DNA of 64,000 nt from an uncultured Nitrospiraceae bacterium (GCA_964463965.1 CAYXED010000009.1:479-64478); one strand, 5' to 3'. Counted from the first letter of the stretch, positions 35,138 through 45,899 are shown. Program-made: numbers and translations. Notes: generated by a model not told the origin, from the sequence alone.

Positions 35138-37702
35138 ATGAAGCTACCACGCCTGTTCCTATTTGGAGTTTTTTTTCTTTCTGGGACCGCAGGGATTGTC
35201 TATGAAATCCTGTGGATGCGTGAGTTGCAGCGGTTATTTGGGAATACGGCTGCATCTGCCGCAGTGGTTCTTTTTGTGTTTTTTTTTGGTATGGCCTTGG
35301 GCAATACATGGGGGGGGCGTTTTGCTTCCAAGGCAAATATGGTGTTCCGATGGTACGGGATTGTTGAAATTGGTATTGCCGTTCTAGCTGCGCCAGTTCT
35401 ACTCTTAGCCCCAGTAGTTTTTTACCTTCAATCAGTGTTTCTCTCGGTCGAGCTATCTACATGGATGAGCTATGTGATCAATGGGGGTGTCGTGTTAGGT
35501 CTGATGCTTCCAGCGAGTATCTTAATTGGTGCGACATTCCCTTTGCTTGGCACAGTGTTGGTGCGACAGCGTGAGATGTTAGGACGGGATGCTGGTCGTT
35601 TATATGGGATCAATACTTTGGGTGCGGTAGGAGGGGTGCTTTTAGTTGGATTTTTTCTTCCACCATTAGTAGGTAATTTTACTACGTACACTCTGGCTCT
35701 CTTGATCAATGTCACGCTTGGCGTGATTGTTCTGACATGGTGCCGTTTTAACTCTGATGATTTTCAGGTACACGATGTCAAAGAACAGGACTCGTTTGTC
35801 GATGATACTCAGCCTAATGGCAGGACGGATGTGTTTCCGAGGCACGTACTCTTAGCTGTTGCCTTTGGTTCTGGTTTTGGCACTATCGCGCTTGAAGTGC
35901 TCTGGACTCGAATGTTTGCGTTGGTTTTTCAAAACTCTGTCTATAGTTTCTCCGCAATTGTTCTTGTGTTTCTCATTGGATTGGCGCTTGGAGCATTAAT
36001 CATTACAGGGTCTCGGAAAATGCTTCAACATAGTGTGGCAATGCTTGGAGTAAGTCTTGGTGTAACTGCGGTGTGTGTCATTTTGACACCAATGCTATTT
36101 TCTCAGACAACCGGATTTGCCTACTTTGAATATGGCATTGGATGGCCATTATATATTTTCAAGGTACTTGCATTGGTTGCTGGGATTATCATTGTTCCTG
36201 TGATTACTGCAGGGTTTGTCTTGCCTCTTCTCTGGAAACTCTATGAATCATTTCAACATTCTGTTGGGATGACCCTCGGTGGGGTCAATCTGTGGAATTT
36301 ACTAGGAGCGTTGAGTGGAGGGGTAGTTGCTGCATTTGTACTCATTCCGACGATGGGCCTATGGAATGCGATTGTTGCTATTGGATGTTTGTTTTTATTG
36401 CTTTCCCAGGTTGTTTTGTTTTATGGGAAAACGCCAAGCTTCCGCACAGGGAGTATTATGTTTGCGGTAGTGTTTCCAATCGTCATCATATTTCTTGCGA
36501 ACCCTATGCAATATTCTTCCCAACGGGTCAAGCCTGGCGAACATCTCATGTATATTGATGAAGGTAGAGAGGCAGTAATTTCCGTTGTGCAGGATAGACA
36601 AAATATTACGTGGCTAAAGAGTAATAATACTTACAATCTCGGCGCAACGATTGCCGTCCAGGGGGAGAAGCGATTAGGGCATCTTCCCCTATTGCTACAT
36701 CCTGCACCTAAGGATGTCGCCTTTGTGGGAGTCGCGACAGGAATCAGTATGAGTGCTGGGCTTGACCATGCCTTGAATACGTTACTAGGCATTGAAATTC
36801 TCCCTGGTGTTTTGGGAGCGCTTACATATTTTAAGCGAGAGAATCAGGATTTGTTGAATAGCGAGAATGTAACGACAGTAGTGAAAGATGGCCGAGTATA
36901 TTTGAGGAATACCAAGCAAACCTTTGATGTCATCGTTTCGGATCTTTTTGTGCCTTGGCATGCCGGGACGGGTAATTTGTATACACTTGAACATTATCAG
37001 GCAAGCGCAAAGCGTCTTAATCCTCAAGGGCTGTATTGCCAGTGGTTGCCGTTGTATCAGCTTTCAGAACGTGAGTTTGGAATTATTGCCGCGACCATGG
37101 CAGAAGCTTTTCCTCATGTATCGGTGTGGCGAGGTGATTATTCTGCAAAGGCACCGATCATTGGACTGATTGGTTCGAAGGAACCAATTGTCCTGGACAT
37201 GGCCTCCATAGGGTCTCGTGTTGAAGCGTTGCAGCGCCGGATGACTCCAAAAGATCAATTGCTTGAAACTGAGGATGGAGTTTTATTGTTATATGGGGGG
37301 GATCTTGCGACGGTTCTTCCATGGTTGCAAACGTTCCCTGTAAACACCGATGACCATCCTGTGATCGAATTCGAAGCACCCAAAAGCCAGACACGGCGTG
37401 AGATGTATCTAGGTATGGAGTTAGAAAAACTATATGCACGTCTATCTAATAGTGCTTCTTCTGAAGCTGCCGTTCAAATTCAAAAGGTGAGTGAAAACCA
37501 GGTTATGCCGTTGTCGTCAAAGCCAGGCAATCTGGTGTTTCGTGCAGTTGCGCAAGGAGTCGAAAAGGATATTGCGGGACAGTTGTTCACTATTCGTGAG
37601 TTGACCCAGCATTTAAAAGGTACTGATCATCGTGACATATTGAGATTTGTATTGCGATCGGTTGATTCTAGTGGCATTCGAAGGGAAGTTGTGGGGGATT
37701 AG
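35138..37702 (+). CDS. Fused MFS-like membrane domain/spermidine synthase-like methyltransferase
   Basis: SGTAGIVYEILWMR, many TM helices, GRLYGINTLG, DGRVYL, FDVIVSD and QWLPLYQ. The ORF track starts at 35051. Confidence 0.88.
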   Translation: MKLPRLFLFGVFFLSGTAGIVYEILWMRELQRLFGNTAASAAVVLFVFFFGMALGNTWGGRFASKANMVFRWYGIVEIGIAVLAAPVLLLAPVVFYLQSVFLSVELSTWMSYVINGGVVLGLMLPASILIGATFPLLGTVLVRQREMLGRDAGRLYGINTLGAVGGVLLVGFFLPPLVGNFTTYTLALLINVTLGVIVLTWCRFNSDDFQVHDVKEQDSFVDDTQPNGRTDVFPRHVLLAVAFGSGFGTIALEVLWTRMFALVFQNSVYSFSAIVLVFLIGLALGALIITGSRKMLQHSVAMLGVSLGVTAVCVILTPMLFSQTTGFAYFEYGIGWPLYIFKVLALVAGIIIVPVITAGFVLPLLWKLYESFQHSVGMTLGGVNLWNLLGALSGGVVAAFVLIPTMGLWNAIVAIGCLFLLLSQVVLFYGKTPSFRTGSIMFAVVFPIVIIFLANPMQYSSQRVKPGEHLMYIDEGREAVISVVQDRQNITWLKSNNTYNLGATIAVQGEKRLGHLPLLLHPAPKDVAFVGVATGISMSAGLDHALNTLLGIEILPGVLGALTYFKRENQDLLNSENVTTVVKDGRVYLRNTKQTFDVIVSDLFVPWHAGTGNLYTLEHYQASAKRLNPQGLYCQWLPLYQLSEREFGIIAATMAEAFPHVSVWRGDYSAKAPIIGLIGSKEPIVLDMASIGSRVEALQRRMTPKDQLLETEDGVLLLYGGDLATVLPWLQTFPVNTDDHPVIEFEAPKSQTRREMYLGMELEKLYARLSNSASSEAAVQIQKVSENQVMPLSSKPGNLVFRAVAQGVEKDIAGQLFTIRELTQHLKGTDHRDILRFVLRSVDSSGIRREVVGD

Positions 37703-37710
37703 AAGGAATC

Positions 37711-38850
37711 ATGCGGGTTGCTATCATAATAGGGGTTGTTATTGGCCTTTCCATCCATACAGCGGTTTGGGCAAAAGATGAAGTCGAGTTGTTTTATGGG
37801 TATTACGCAGATAACGAAGACTTAACGGTTCAAACACCCAGCATTCAGATTTGGAAAGATCTTGGAGAGCGTGCGACGGTCAACGTTAAGTATACCTATG
37901 AGAGTTTTGTTATCGAAGCACCTTCAGCTGACACACCTGACGTGGTTACTGGTGCAACAACTGTAGTGGGTGGGCAAGCTGACGGATTTGATGAAGTCCG
38001 CCAAGAGTTTTCAGGTGGAGCGACTTATCGATTTGATTGGGCAACAATTGCCTTCAACTATTTCTCCAGTACGGAGGAGGATTATGAATCGAATGCGTTT
38101 TCAATTGCGGCCAGCCAGTCATTTTTTCAAGATAATTTTACGGTTACTGCACTATATGCAAAGGCGTCGGATACAGTCGATAATTTGTATCCTCAACCCA
38201 ATACGGAGTGGCCGCGTGATCGTGAAACTGACACGGCTACTTTGTCAGTAACACAAATACTGACGCCCAACCTTTGGATTGGAGGAGGGTATAGTTATTC
38301 GCATTTGAGTGGATTTCTAAGCAACCCCACAAGGAAAATTCGAATTGAACAACCTGTAGGACCGAATGCGACTTTTACTTCAGCAAGAATTTTTGATGAG
38401 TTTCATCCAGAGACACGAGACCGTAATACAGCGTTTTTTCGAATGAAGAGGTATTTAGAAACGCGTACAGCGCTCGATGCTAATCTGTCATATTATTTCG
38501 ATGATTGGGGAGTTAATGGGTATACGACAGAGTTTCGGCTCAGTCACTACTTATTGGATCATCTCATTATCAGACCGCGCTATCGATTTTATTCTCAACA
38601 ACAGGCTGACTTTTTTCTTCCAGAGGTCACGGAAGTTTCTGAATTTATGACGGCAGATGATCGTCTGCGTGATTTTGATAGCCACTTACTTGGAATAAAG
38701 TTAGACATTGGACTGGAGATGTTGGATGCAACATTCAGAGATTGGCGATTTACCGTTTCGTATGATCAGTATATGGAAAGCAATCGGGGGTTCAGTGGAA
38801 AGATTCTAAAGGCAAATATTCTTCAAACTTCGTTGCGGGTACCTTTTTGA
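37711..38850 (+). CDS. DUF3570-family outer-membrane beta-barrel with flavinylation motif
   Basis: DVVTGAT motif, STEEDYES, RKI...EFHPETRDR, DDWGV, RYRFYSQ and TADDRL; C-terminal Phe. Confidence 0.85.
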   Translation: MRVAIIIGVVIGLSIHTAVWAKDEVELFYGYYADNEDLTVQTPSIQIWKDLGERATVNVKYTYESFVIEAPSADTPDVVTGATTVVGGQADGFDEVRQEFSGGATYRFDWATIAFNYFSSTEEDYESNAFSIAASQSFFQDNFTVTALYAKASDTVDNLYPQPNTEWPRDRETDTATLSVTQILTPNLWIGGGYSYSHLSGFLSNPTRKIRIEQPVGPNATFTSARIFDEFHPETRDRNTAFFRMKRYLETRTALDANLSYYFDDWGVNGYTTEFRLSHYLLDHLIIRPRYRFYSQQQADFFLPEVTEVSEFMTADDRLRDFDSHLLGIKLDIGLEMLDATFRDWRFTVSYDQYMESNRGFSGKILKANILQTSLRVPF

Positions 38851-38965
38851 TGATATAAAAGCATTGGGACCTTTAGAGTCAAAACGCTTGAAAAAATAGT
38901 ACTTTGGAATATGCTTCACGTTGGTTTGAGGGAAGCAACAGGTGCTTGAATAAGCTGGAGGACGT

Positions 38966-40009
38966 ATGACACGACGAGATATTCTTAGATTATTTAGCGT
39001 AACCCTTTTAGGGTGTAAGGCTATGGGGAATACGGCTGCGTTTGCCTTCAGTTCAAGTGATATCGAAAAGACTCGGTTTGAGTTTGCCAAAGGGTCGAGT
39101 GTGATGATGGGTAATGTTTCTGTATCAATCACGGCAGTGACACAAGATCGGCAACGTGCAAAACAGGCAATTGAGGCAGCTTTTACCAAGATGAAAGAAC
39201 TTGAACGACTTTTAAATTTTTATGATTCAAGGAGTGAAATATCGCAGATTAATGCCGCGGCTGGGCAATATCCGGTTGCTGTAAGTTCTGAAGTTATGGA
39301 GGTGATTTCGCAGGCCATGTATGTTTCCCGCCTGACTAAGGGGGCTTTTAATCTTGCTCTGGGGCCAACCAATACCCTCTGGGATTTTCTCAAAACACAG
39401 CATGTTCCAAGTCAGGCAGAGCGTGTAGGGCTTTTGCCAAGTACAATCTTTGAACACATTGTTTTGGATGATGTGGCTCAAACGGTCTTTCTTACTAAGC
39501 CCAAGATGAGGATTGATTGTGGAGGTATTGGAAAAGGATTTATGGCAGAGAAAGCAAAACACGTTTTAATGACTTATGGAGTTTCAGCTGGGATTATTGC
39601 TGCGGCAGGTGATGTGTTGCTTTTTGGAAACAAACCTAATGGGCAAGGATGGCGTGTTGGTATTCAACATCCAAGAAACCCTGATGAGCATATTGCATCG
39701 CTTGATCTAACTGATACCGTTGTTTCGACGTCAGGGGACTATGAGAGATTTTTCATGAAAGATGGGATCATGTATCATCATCTTCTTGATCCAACGACTC
39801 TTTTGCCAGCACGGGCTTGTCAGAGTGTTACCGTAATTGGTGTACGCGGGGCGCTTACTGATGCTTTGGCAACTGGGGTATTTGTAATGGGGCCAGAGGA
39901 GGGTTTGAAACTTTTAGCTAATGCAAGTCTTGGTGAAGCCGTTATTGTTGATGAAAGAGGTAGAACAAGTATCTCTCCAACGCTTGAAGATCGCGTCCGT
40001 TTCTTATGA
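38966..40009 (+). CDS. apbE: FAD:protein FMN transferase
   Basis: SEISQIN, IDCGGIGKG, AGD, STSGDYER, HHLLDPTT and DALAT; twin-arginine-like N-terminus TRRDIL. Confidence 0.95.
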   Translation: MTRRDILRLFSVTLLGCKAMGNTAAFAFSSSDIEKTRFEFAKGSSVMMGNVSVSITAVTQDRQRAKQAIEAAFTKMKELERLLNFYDSRSEISQINAAAGQYPVAVSSEVMEVISQAMYVSRLTKGAFNLALGPTNTLWDFLKTQHVPSQAERVGLLPSTIFEHIVLDDVAQTVFLTKPKMRIDCGGIGKGFMAEKAKHVLMTYGVSAGIIAAAGDVLLFGNKPNGQGWRVGIQHPRNPDEHIASLDLTDTVVSTSGDYERFFMKDGIMYHHLLDPTTLLPARACQSVTVIGVRGALTDALATGVFVMGPEEGLKLLANASLGEAVIVDERGRTSISPTLEDRVRFL

Positions 40010-40088
40010 GTATTAAAATTCTTAAAATCGTGCTGCCTTTGTTGTTGCTTCCATCAGAGTATATCTTTTCATATATAAAGAAAGGATT

Positions 40089-41720
40089 ATGGATATGGAT
40101 AGAGGAGTAACTTTGTTTTTGATTAAAAAACGTATGCAAGCGTTTCAGTCTTTTGCTGTCTTTTTGATGGGAGTATTGTTTTTTTCTGGAATGTTTGTCT
40201 CCTCACTTGAGGCTGCAGTTGATTTAACTGGGACAATCACAAAGGTCAAAGTTAAAGAGAAGCGTGCTGGCTTAAAACTTGTTGTTAAGTTTGATGCCTG
40301 TAATGTTGGGAATGATGCAGTGGTTGTGCCATTAGTAGTTTCACTGTTTAAATCTGATGATCAAGATTTGAGTGGCGATGACCTTTTGTTGCAAAGTTTT
40401 CTAATTCAAACAACTATTGGGTCAGGGCAGTGTGCACTCACCGATAAAGGTAAACGGCACAAGTTTAAGGTAAAAAACCTCACTGATCTCAGTAACTCTT
40501 TTGCTCTAGTTGTTATTGATTTTGAAAATGTGATTACAGAGAATGATGAGAAAAATAATATTTTTTCAGCTGCAATTACTGTCCCTAATGATGGACGTGA
40601 GACAGATGGTCCAGGAAGTGGGCCAGGGAGTGATGAGAGTGTGACCAGTATGGTGACCGCTGCTCAGGGTGAATTTATTTACCAAGCAGATAACCCTCGA
40701 GGGCAAGGTTCGGGGAATATTCTTCAAATCACAAAGTCACTTGGAGAGGTGAGTGCATCTGTTGCACTTCCGGCAGGGAGCTTTGCTCTTGCCGGACTTG
40801 CTGTTGGTCCAGAGTATGTGTGGGTGACAAGTCCGGAAAATGACAAACTACATCGTGTTGAAAAGAGTGCTTTTTCATCTGTTGAAACCTTTGATGTTGA
40901 GGCGGGAAGTAAGCCATGGGGCATTGCTGTTGGGGAGACTCGAGTGTGGGTCACGCATCAAGATGCGAATAAAGTTATTAGCTATTCACGGATTGATGGC
41001 GCGATGGTTGATACATTTGACTATCAACAGAGTGGGGTATCGGGGCGAAGACCATGGGGGATTGCGGTAGATAATAGTTGGGTGTGGGTTGCTAATAGTG
41101 GTGATGTCAGTGGGCCAGCCTCTGATACGATTATCAAGCTCTTTCGGAGTAATGGAGGGTTTGAAAAGGAGATTGATGTTGATCCGCACATTGCGAGTCT
41201 CAGTCCGCGCGTGCCGATGCATGGCATACTCTCTGATGGACTCAACGTATGGGTTGTTGCGAATGAATTGATCACGGGAAGTCCAGTATCGTCATCCAGA
41301 GTTGGAGGATCACTGATCCAATACAACATTGTTAATGATGGTAATTCTATTCCACCAACGTTCTTTGATCGGACAGTATTGGGCCAAGTGCCTCAATATC
41401 TTACACTCAATGATGAGCATGTTTGGGTGAGTCACTTGGCCGAATCATTTGTCACAAAAGTATCTAAGTTCACCAATAATATTGTTGGTAATTCTTCTCT
41501 CCCAGTTGGCCCTTTTGGCAGAGGTCTTTCAGTTTCTGGGGGTACTGTTTGGATTGCCAGTGATGGACTGGATGCCATAAATACGGGTGGACTTCTCAAA
41601 CTTGACATTGATGTCATATCAGAACCTGCAACATTAGTTGAAGGAGGGGAGCTTAGCCTATCGTTTGGTGATATGACTGGATCTATCTATGACATGATCT
41701 TTGGAGATGGGGATATATGA
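40089..41720 (+). CDS. Secreted CARDB-like + beta-propeller (YncE/Vgb-like) protein
   Basis: VDLTG...IDFENVITENDEKNN and repeated PWGIAV...VWV blades. Start possibly at 40134. Confidence 0.72.
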   Translation: MDMDRGVTLFLIKKRMQAFQSFAVFLMGVLFFSGMFVSSLEAAVDLTGTITKVKVKEKRAGLKLVVKFDACNVGNDAVVVPLVVSLFKSDDQDLSGDDLLLQSFLIQTTIGSGQCALTDKGKRHKFKVKNLTDLSNSFALVVIDFENVITENDEKNNIFSAAITVPNDGRETDGPGSGPGSDESVTSMVTAAQGEFIYQADNPRGQGSGNILQITKSLGEVSASVALPAGSFALAGLAVGPEYVWVTSPENDKLHRVEKSAFSSVETFDVEAGSKPWGIAVGETRVWVTHQDANKVISYSRIDGAMVDTFDYQQSGVSGRRPWGIAVDNSWVWVANSGDVSGPASDTIIKLFRSNGGFEKEIDVDPHIASLSPRVPMHGILSDGLNVWVVANELITGSPVSSSRVGGSLIQYNIVNDGNSIPPTFFDRTVLGQVPQYLTLNDEHVWVSHLAESFVTKVSKFTNNIVGNSSLPVGPFGRGLSVSGGTVWIASDGLDAINTGGLLKLDIDVISEPATLVEGGELSLSFGDMTGSIYDMIFGDGDI

Positions 41721-41730
41721 TGAGGCATTG

Positions 41731-42390
41731 TCAAAAGGTATATTGTATCCCTGCTGTAATGGGAATTAGTGACATGTCGTCAAGGTCGCCAGGCCAGAAG
41801 TAGTAGGAGAGTTCGGTGTACAAAGCAAAGTTCTTGGTTAATAAATATTCAACGCCTATGCCTCCGTGGAGCATAATATCTTTGAACAATTCTTGTTTTT
41901 TCTGACTTAGCGTCGATAGTGCTTGAAACGACGTGGTGTCAAATATGCCGTATCCGATTCCGCCCAACCCGTAGGGTTGTAGCCGGCTTGTACTTGCTTC
42001 TCTATTTGCAAAATAGCTTTTCAAGTTTTCCGAGAAAATATTTCCGTTAATTTCCCCTAAGCTTCCGCGCATGGGTTCAGAAAGTGTTGGCCTGTCTCCA
42101 TCGACCGAAAAGTCATTCGAGAATAGTACGTCAAACTCAACGGCAAATCGATGGTTGATGTTATAGCCGATCTTGGCAGTTACTCCAAATGCATTGCTGA
42201 CAGCTATGCGGTCAGCATGTTCTGATGAGAATGTTGATTGTGATTGAAAGTCAAAGTTGTCCACGTCTACAGTGCCACCAACGGCACCATAGTATCCAAC
42301 TAGCGGACCATCATCCCATTGTACAGGTGTTGAAGGAGGGTGAGAAAAAACCCCAACAAGGAAAGACAGCATTAAGATGAGTACCTTCAC
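41731..42390 (-). CDS. Small outer-membrane beta-barrel protein (paralogue)
   Basis: KIGY, QPYGLGGIGYG, GIGVEY and C-terminal YTF; GGAGG RBS before GTG. Confidence 0.75.
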   Translation of the reverse strand: MKVLILMLSFLVGVFSHPPSTPVQWDDGPLVGYYGAVGGTVDVDNFDFQSQSTFSSEHADRIAVSNAFGVTAKIGYNINHRFAVEFDVLFSNDFSVDGDRPTLSEPMRGSLGEINGNIFSENLKSYFANREASTSRLQPYGLGGIGYGIFDTTSFQALSTLSQKKQELFKDIMLHGGIGVEYLLTKNFALYTELSYYFWPGDLDDMSLIPITAGIQYTF

Positions 42391-42742
42391 CTGATGCCTC
42401 CTCTTTGCTAGAAGAAGTGTCTACCCAAGAATTATTGATTTGATTGCCTAGGGGTATTCCCTTCTGTTTAGGGAGAAGAGGGGTTTTTGGAAGGACCTTT
42501 GAGGGTTAAATTCCCCTTTATTTGTGATAATCAACACAGACTTCTATTGGATAGCTGCTACAATCAGAACTAATGCTGAGGTTCTATTAAAAACACTAGA
42601 TGTGACCCAAGAAGCCTTTTGTTGTTTAATTTCCACTCCTTAGCGCCACTCAATTTGTACTGTCCCCAATAGTGCTTCGCTGGTATAGCGACTGGAACTA
42701 TCTTTGTGTGTCTGTGCAGCCAGGGATGAAAAGGATGCGTAT

Positions 42743-44005
42743 ATGAAATTTCTACGAAATACCTTGCTTGTCGTGTTATGGGTGGTTCCCACATTAGCTT
42801 TGTTGATGATGAGTGCACAAGTGATATATGCAGAGACCACAAGCCATGCTGTGCGTAAAGCAATGCTTGAAAATGAAAACCCCCACACTTCTCGTGAGGA
42901 AGAAAAAGGGCTTTTGGGAGGAACTTTCGATCGTTTCCACCTTGATACTGGGATTGCCGCGGTTTTTGCTGGAGCGGTAATGTCTGATGATGACCGGCGA
43001 TACTTTGGCGATCATGATGTTTTGGGAAATGGGTTTACCATGCAGGAGATGGCATTGAGTTTTAGTGGGCGAGTTGACTCCTATTTTAGAGCACATCTTA
43101 GCATTGCAATGTTTTTTGATGAGAAGGGGAAAACACATTTTGACTTTGAAGAGGGATATATTGCTTCTGACGGATTGCCGTACAACCTTGAAATTATGGC
43201 AGGCCAGTTTTTTACTCGATTTGGCAACTTGAATTCTGTCCTTATCTATGACTGGGATTTTATCAATCAACCTGTCATCTTAAACCGGCTGCTTGGTAAC
43301 GGCGGGTTGCGAGGGCCGGGAGTGCAAGCGTCATGGAAAGCGCCGACGCCGTTTCACCTTGAATTCATTGGGAGCGCGCAACAAGCGGTGGGAATGAGTG
43401 CAGCAAGTTTTCTTGGAGAAAAAGGAGGGGAAGTTGCTGGTCACCATCTTGGTGGTCGCACCACTTCTGGTTTTGATGAACTGCTTTATATGCCGCGCGT
43501 AGTCAGTGAATTTGATTTTACTGATGACTTGCACCTGAAGTTAGGGGGGTCTGCGCTACTTGGGCCAAACGCTACAGGCATGAATACGCAAACAACTATT
43601 TATGGGGGAGATATGCAATTGAGATGGAAACCTCAGAGTGGGCAAGGGTTTCCATTTTTTATTTGGGACACAGAGTTTCTGTATCGTGACTACGAAACTC
43701 CACTGTTCGAGGACGCTCTTGAAGATTGGGGTTGGTATACTCAAGGCCTTTATGGCTTTGCGCCACGATGGGTTGGAGGACTTCGTGTTGAGTACGCAGA
43801 TGGAGCGCATGGGCTGGACCAGGAGATGGATGATCTTCGGAGTGAGCGGTATACAATTTCTCCCAATATCTCATGGATGACATCAAAGTTTTCACAACTT
43901 CGACTGCAATACAATTTTGATGTTTTGGAAAGTCGCGATCATGAACCGCAACACGGATTGTTTGTGCAGTGGAATTTTCAATTTGGGAGCCCTTATGCCC
44001 ACTAA
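42743..44005 (+). CDS. Outer-membrane beta-barrel, putative metal-uptake porin/receptor
   Basis: ExALSFSGRVD, FEEGY, GQFFTRFGNLN, SKFSQLRLQY and C-terminal FGSPYAH; homologous to 44658. Confidence 0.75.
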   Translation: MKFLRNTLLVVLWVVPTLALLMMSAQVIYAETTSHAVRKAMLENENPHTSREEEKGLLGGTFDRFHLDTGIAAVFAGAVMSDDDRRYFGDHDVLGNGFTMQEMALSFSGRVDSYFRAHLSIAMFFDEKGKTHFDFEEGYIASDGLPYNLEIMAGQFFTRFGNLNSVLIYDWDFINQPVILNRLLGNGGLRGPGVQASWKAPTPFHLEFIGSAQQAVGMSAASFLGEKGGEVAGHHLGGRTTSGFDELLYMPRVVSEFDFTDDLHLKLGGSALLGPNATGMNTQTTIYGGDMQLRWKPQSGQGFPFFIWDTEFLYRDYETPLFEDALEDWGWYTQGLYGFAPRWVGGLRVEYADGAHGLDQEMDDLRSERYTISPNISWMTSKFSQLRLQYNFDVLESRDHEPQHGLFVQWNFQFGSPYAH

Positions 44006-44116
44006 TAGTAAGATACTATGTGGGTGTAGCATTGCCGGAAGAAAAAATGTTAGATTAGAGAGCCAGGAGAACCCCAAAAGGTATCTATCAAGACTATACG
44101 TCAAGCTCTAAAGTAG

Positions 44117-44428
44117 ATGAGTGGTATGCGCTTAAATAAATTTCCCATTGCTGTGACACTGTGCTGTGTCTATTTTGTGCTTACCGGCTTTGTGCCCGTT
44201 ATTGGTGTTCTGCACGATTTTTCAGTTATTGATCATGAGGAAACTCATGACGCGATTGATGTTTGTACATGGCTTGAAGATGCAGTTGCTTCAAGTTTGC
44301 TTGCTGCCACAGATGTACAGAGATGCTTTTTTAAGCTTCCCTCACAAATACAAGATCGATACTTTGTGTGTCTATCCTATGCGCCGAGTGATTGTCTTCT
44401 GGCGCGTCCTCCCCCTGCACGTTCCTAA
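44117..44428 (+). CDS. DUF2946-like leader protein with C-terminal RPPP
   Basis: TM segment, HD...HEETH...CTW, and the ending LARPPPARS; located upstream of metal-uptake genes. Confidence 0.55.
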   Translation: MSGMRLNKFPIAVTLCCVYFVLTGFVPVIGVLHDFSVIDHEETHDAIDVCTWLEDAVASSLLAATDVQRCFFKLPSQIQDRYFVCLSYAPSDCLLARPPPARS

Positions 44429-44657
44429 GGTTTTTCTCTTCAAAAAAAATGGGGTATCCCCCTGTTTAGTGGAATTGTATGTGAGCATGGCTTTGCCGTT
44501 ATGGCTAGTGGGCCTGTATCCATATTCGCTAAATGTCGGAGATGATGCTTTGTGAAAAGTAGGCTATGGAAATAATCACTTAGCCTATCGTGCACCCGTT
44601 ACCTTATTAGAGAGGAATTTTATGCATGTTTTATGTTATTTCCTTTAGGAGAGTAAA

Positions 44658-45899
44658 ATGAAATCCCTAATTTTAATAGTAGTAGTGCTTATAGTCGTAC
44701 TGGTTGCCACGGCACACGCGCAGGGTCCTGGAAAAATAACAGGTACTGAGTTTAACCCAGCCGTTACTCTCATTTTAGATCCACGCTTCACAAACATTGA
44801 CAGCGACGAATTGCAATTGCCTGGTTTTCAACTGGGTGGAGAGGCAGGCTTAGCTGAACATGGATTCTCTACAGGCCATACTGAATTGAGATTTTCTTCC
44901 AATATCGATGACAAGTTTTATGGCTCGATGACTACTGCCATTGTGACGGAAGACGGTGCTGCAGAGATTGAATTTGAAGAAGCCTTTATTGAGACTCTGG
45001 CACTTGGCTCTGGTTTTACGCTTAAAGGCGGACGTTTTTTCTCAGGCGTTGGATACCTGAATGCCTTTCACGATCATGTGCATGATTTTGCCGATCGGCC
45101 CTTGGTGTATGACGCCATTTTTGGAGGGCATCTTTTGGATAATGGCGTACAAGCTCGCTGGGTCGCACCAACGGATCTTTACTTGAGTGTTGGTGGAGAG
45201 GTCACAGCAGGCTCAGAGTTTCCTGGTGGGGAAAATGAAGGTAATGACCAGGGGATGGCATTGTTTGCCAACGCAGGTGGAGACATTGGCAACAGTTCAA
45301 GTTGGCTTTTGGGTGCAAGTTATTACAGGGCACAATTTGATGTACGTGAAGCCGGTGGACATCATCATGGTGAAGGGGGCGCTGGAGCTGACAATGAACT
45401 GCTTGATGGGGATGTGGAGGTTGCCGGGCTTGATTTTGTTTACAAATGGGCACCCAATGGAAATAGTAGAAATACGAACTTTAAACTTCAAGGTGAGTAC
45501 TTTCTAAAAAATGAGGTAGGTGCAGCTGAATTTACCGAAGACATACACAGTGCTGAAGCCGACTACGATGGTCAGCAACAAGGGTTTTATGTCCAGGGTG
45601 TTTATCAGTTTATGCCACAGTGGCGAGTTGGAGTTAGATATGATCATTTACAAGCGAATAACGCTATTACCAATTTCTCTGGCTCAGGTATTGATCAGGA
45701 GGAATTTCTCGAAGAGTCCGGTCTTGGTGTAGAAGGCGATCCGACAAGAAGTAGCATAATGGTCGATTATTCACCGAGCCACTTCAGCCGGATTCGTTTG
45801 CAGTATAGTCAATTTGATAATGGGCATGAGGAACTCAATAACATGATTACCCTTCAATTTACGATGAGTCTTGGCTCTCATGGTGCCCACACCTTCTAA
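44658..45899 (+). CDS. Outer-membrane beta-barrel of zinc-regulated uptake clusters
   Basis: FNPAV, FEEAFIET, GYLNAFHDH, GGHHHG, PSHFSRIRLQY and C-terminal GSHGAHTF. Confidence 0.82.
   Translation: MKSLILIVVVLIVVLVATAHAQGPGKITGTEFNPAVTLILDPRFTNIDSDELQLPGFQLGGEAGLAEHGFSTGHTELRFSSNIDDKFYGSMTTAIVTEDGAAEIEFEEAFIETLALGSGFTLKGGRFFSGVGYLNAFHDHVHDFADRPLVYDAIFGGHLLDNGVQARWVAPTDLYLSVGGEVTAGSEFPGGENEGNDQGMALFANAGGDIGNSSSWLLGASYYRAQFDVREAGGHHHGEGGAGADNELLDGDVEVAGLDFVYKWAPNGNSRNTNFKLQGEYFLKNEVGAAEFTEDIHSAEADYDGQQQGFYVQGVYQFMPQWRVGVRYDHLQANNAITNFSGSGIDQEEFLEESGLGVEGDPTRSSIMVDYSPSHFSRIRLQYSQFDNGHEELNNMITLQFTMSLGSHGAHTF

Noticed and set aside
44166-44555. 129-aa alternative-frame ORF
   Set aside because: It overlaps the DUF2946-like ORF and has no recognisable motif.
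44429-44657. Possible riboswitch before the metal-uptake barrel
   Set aside because: I could not recognise cobalamin, yybP or NiCo consensus elements; an Infernal/Rfam scan would be needed.
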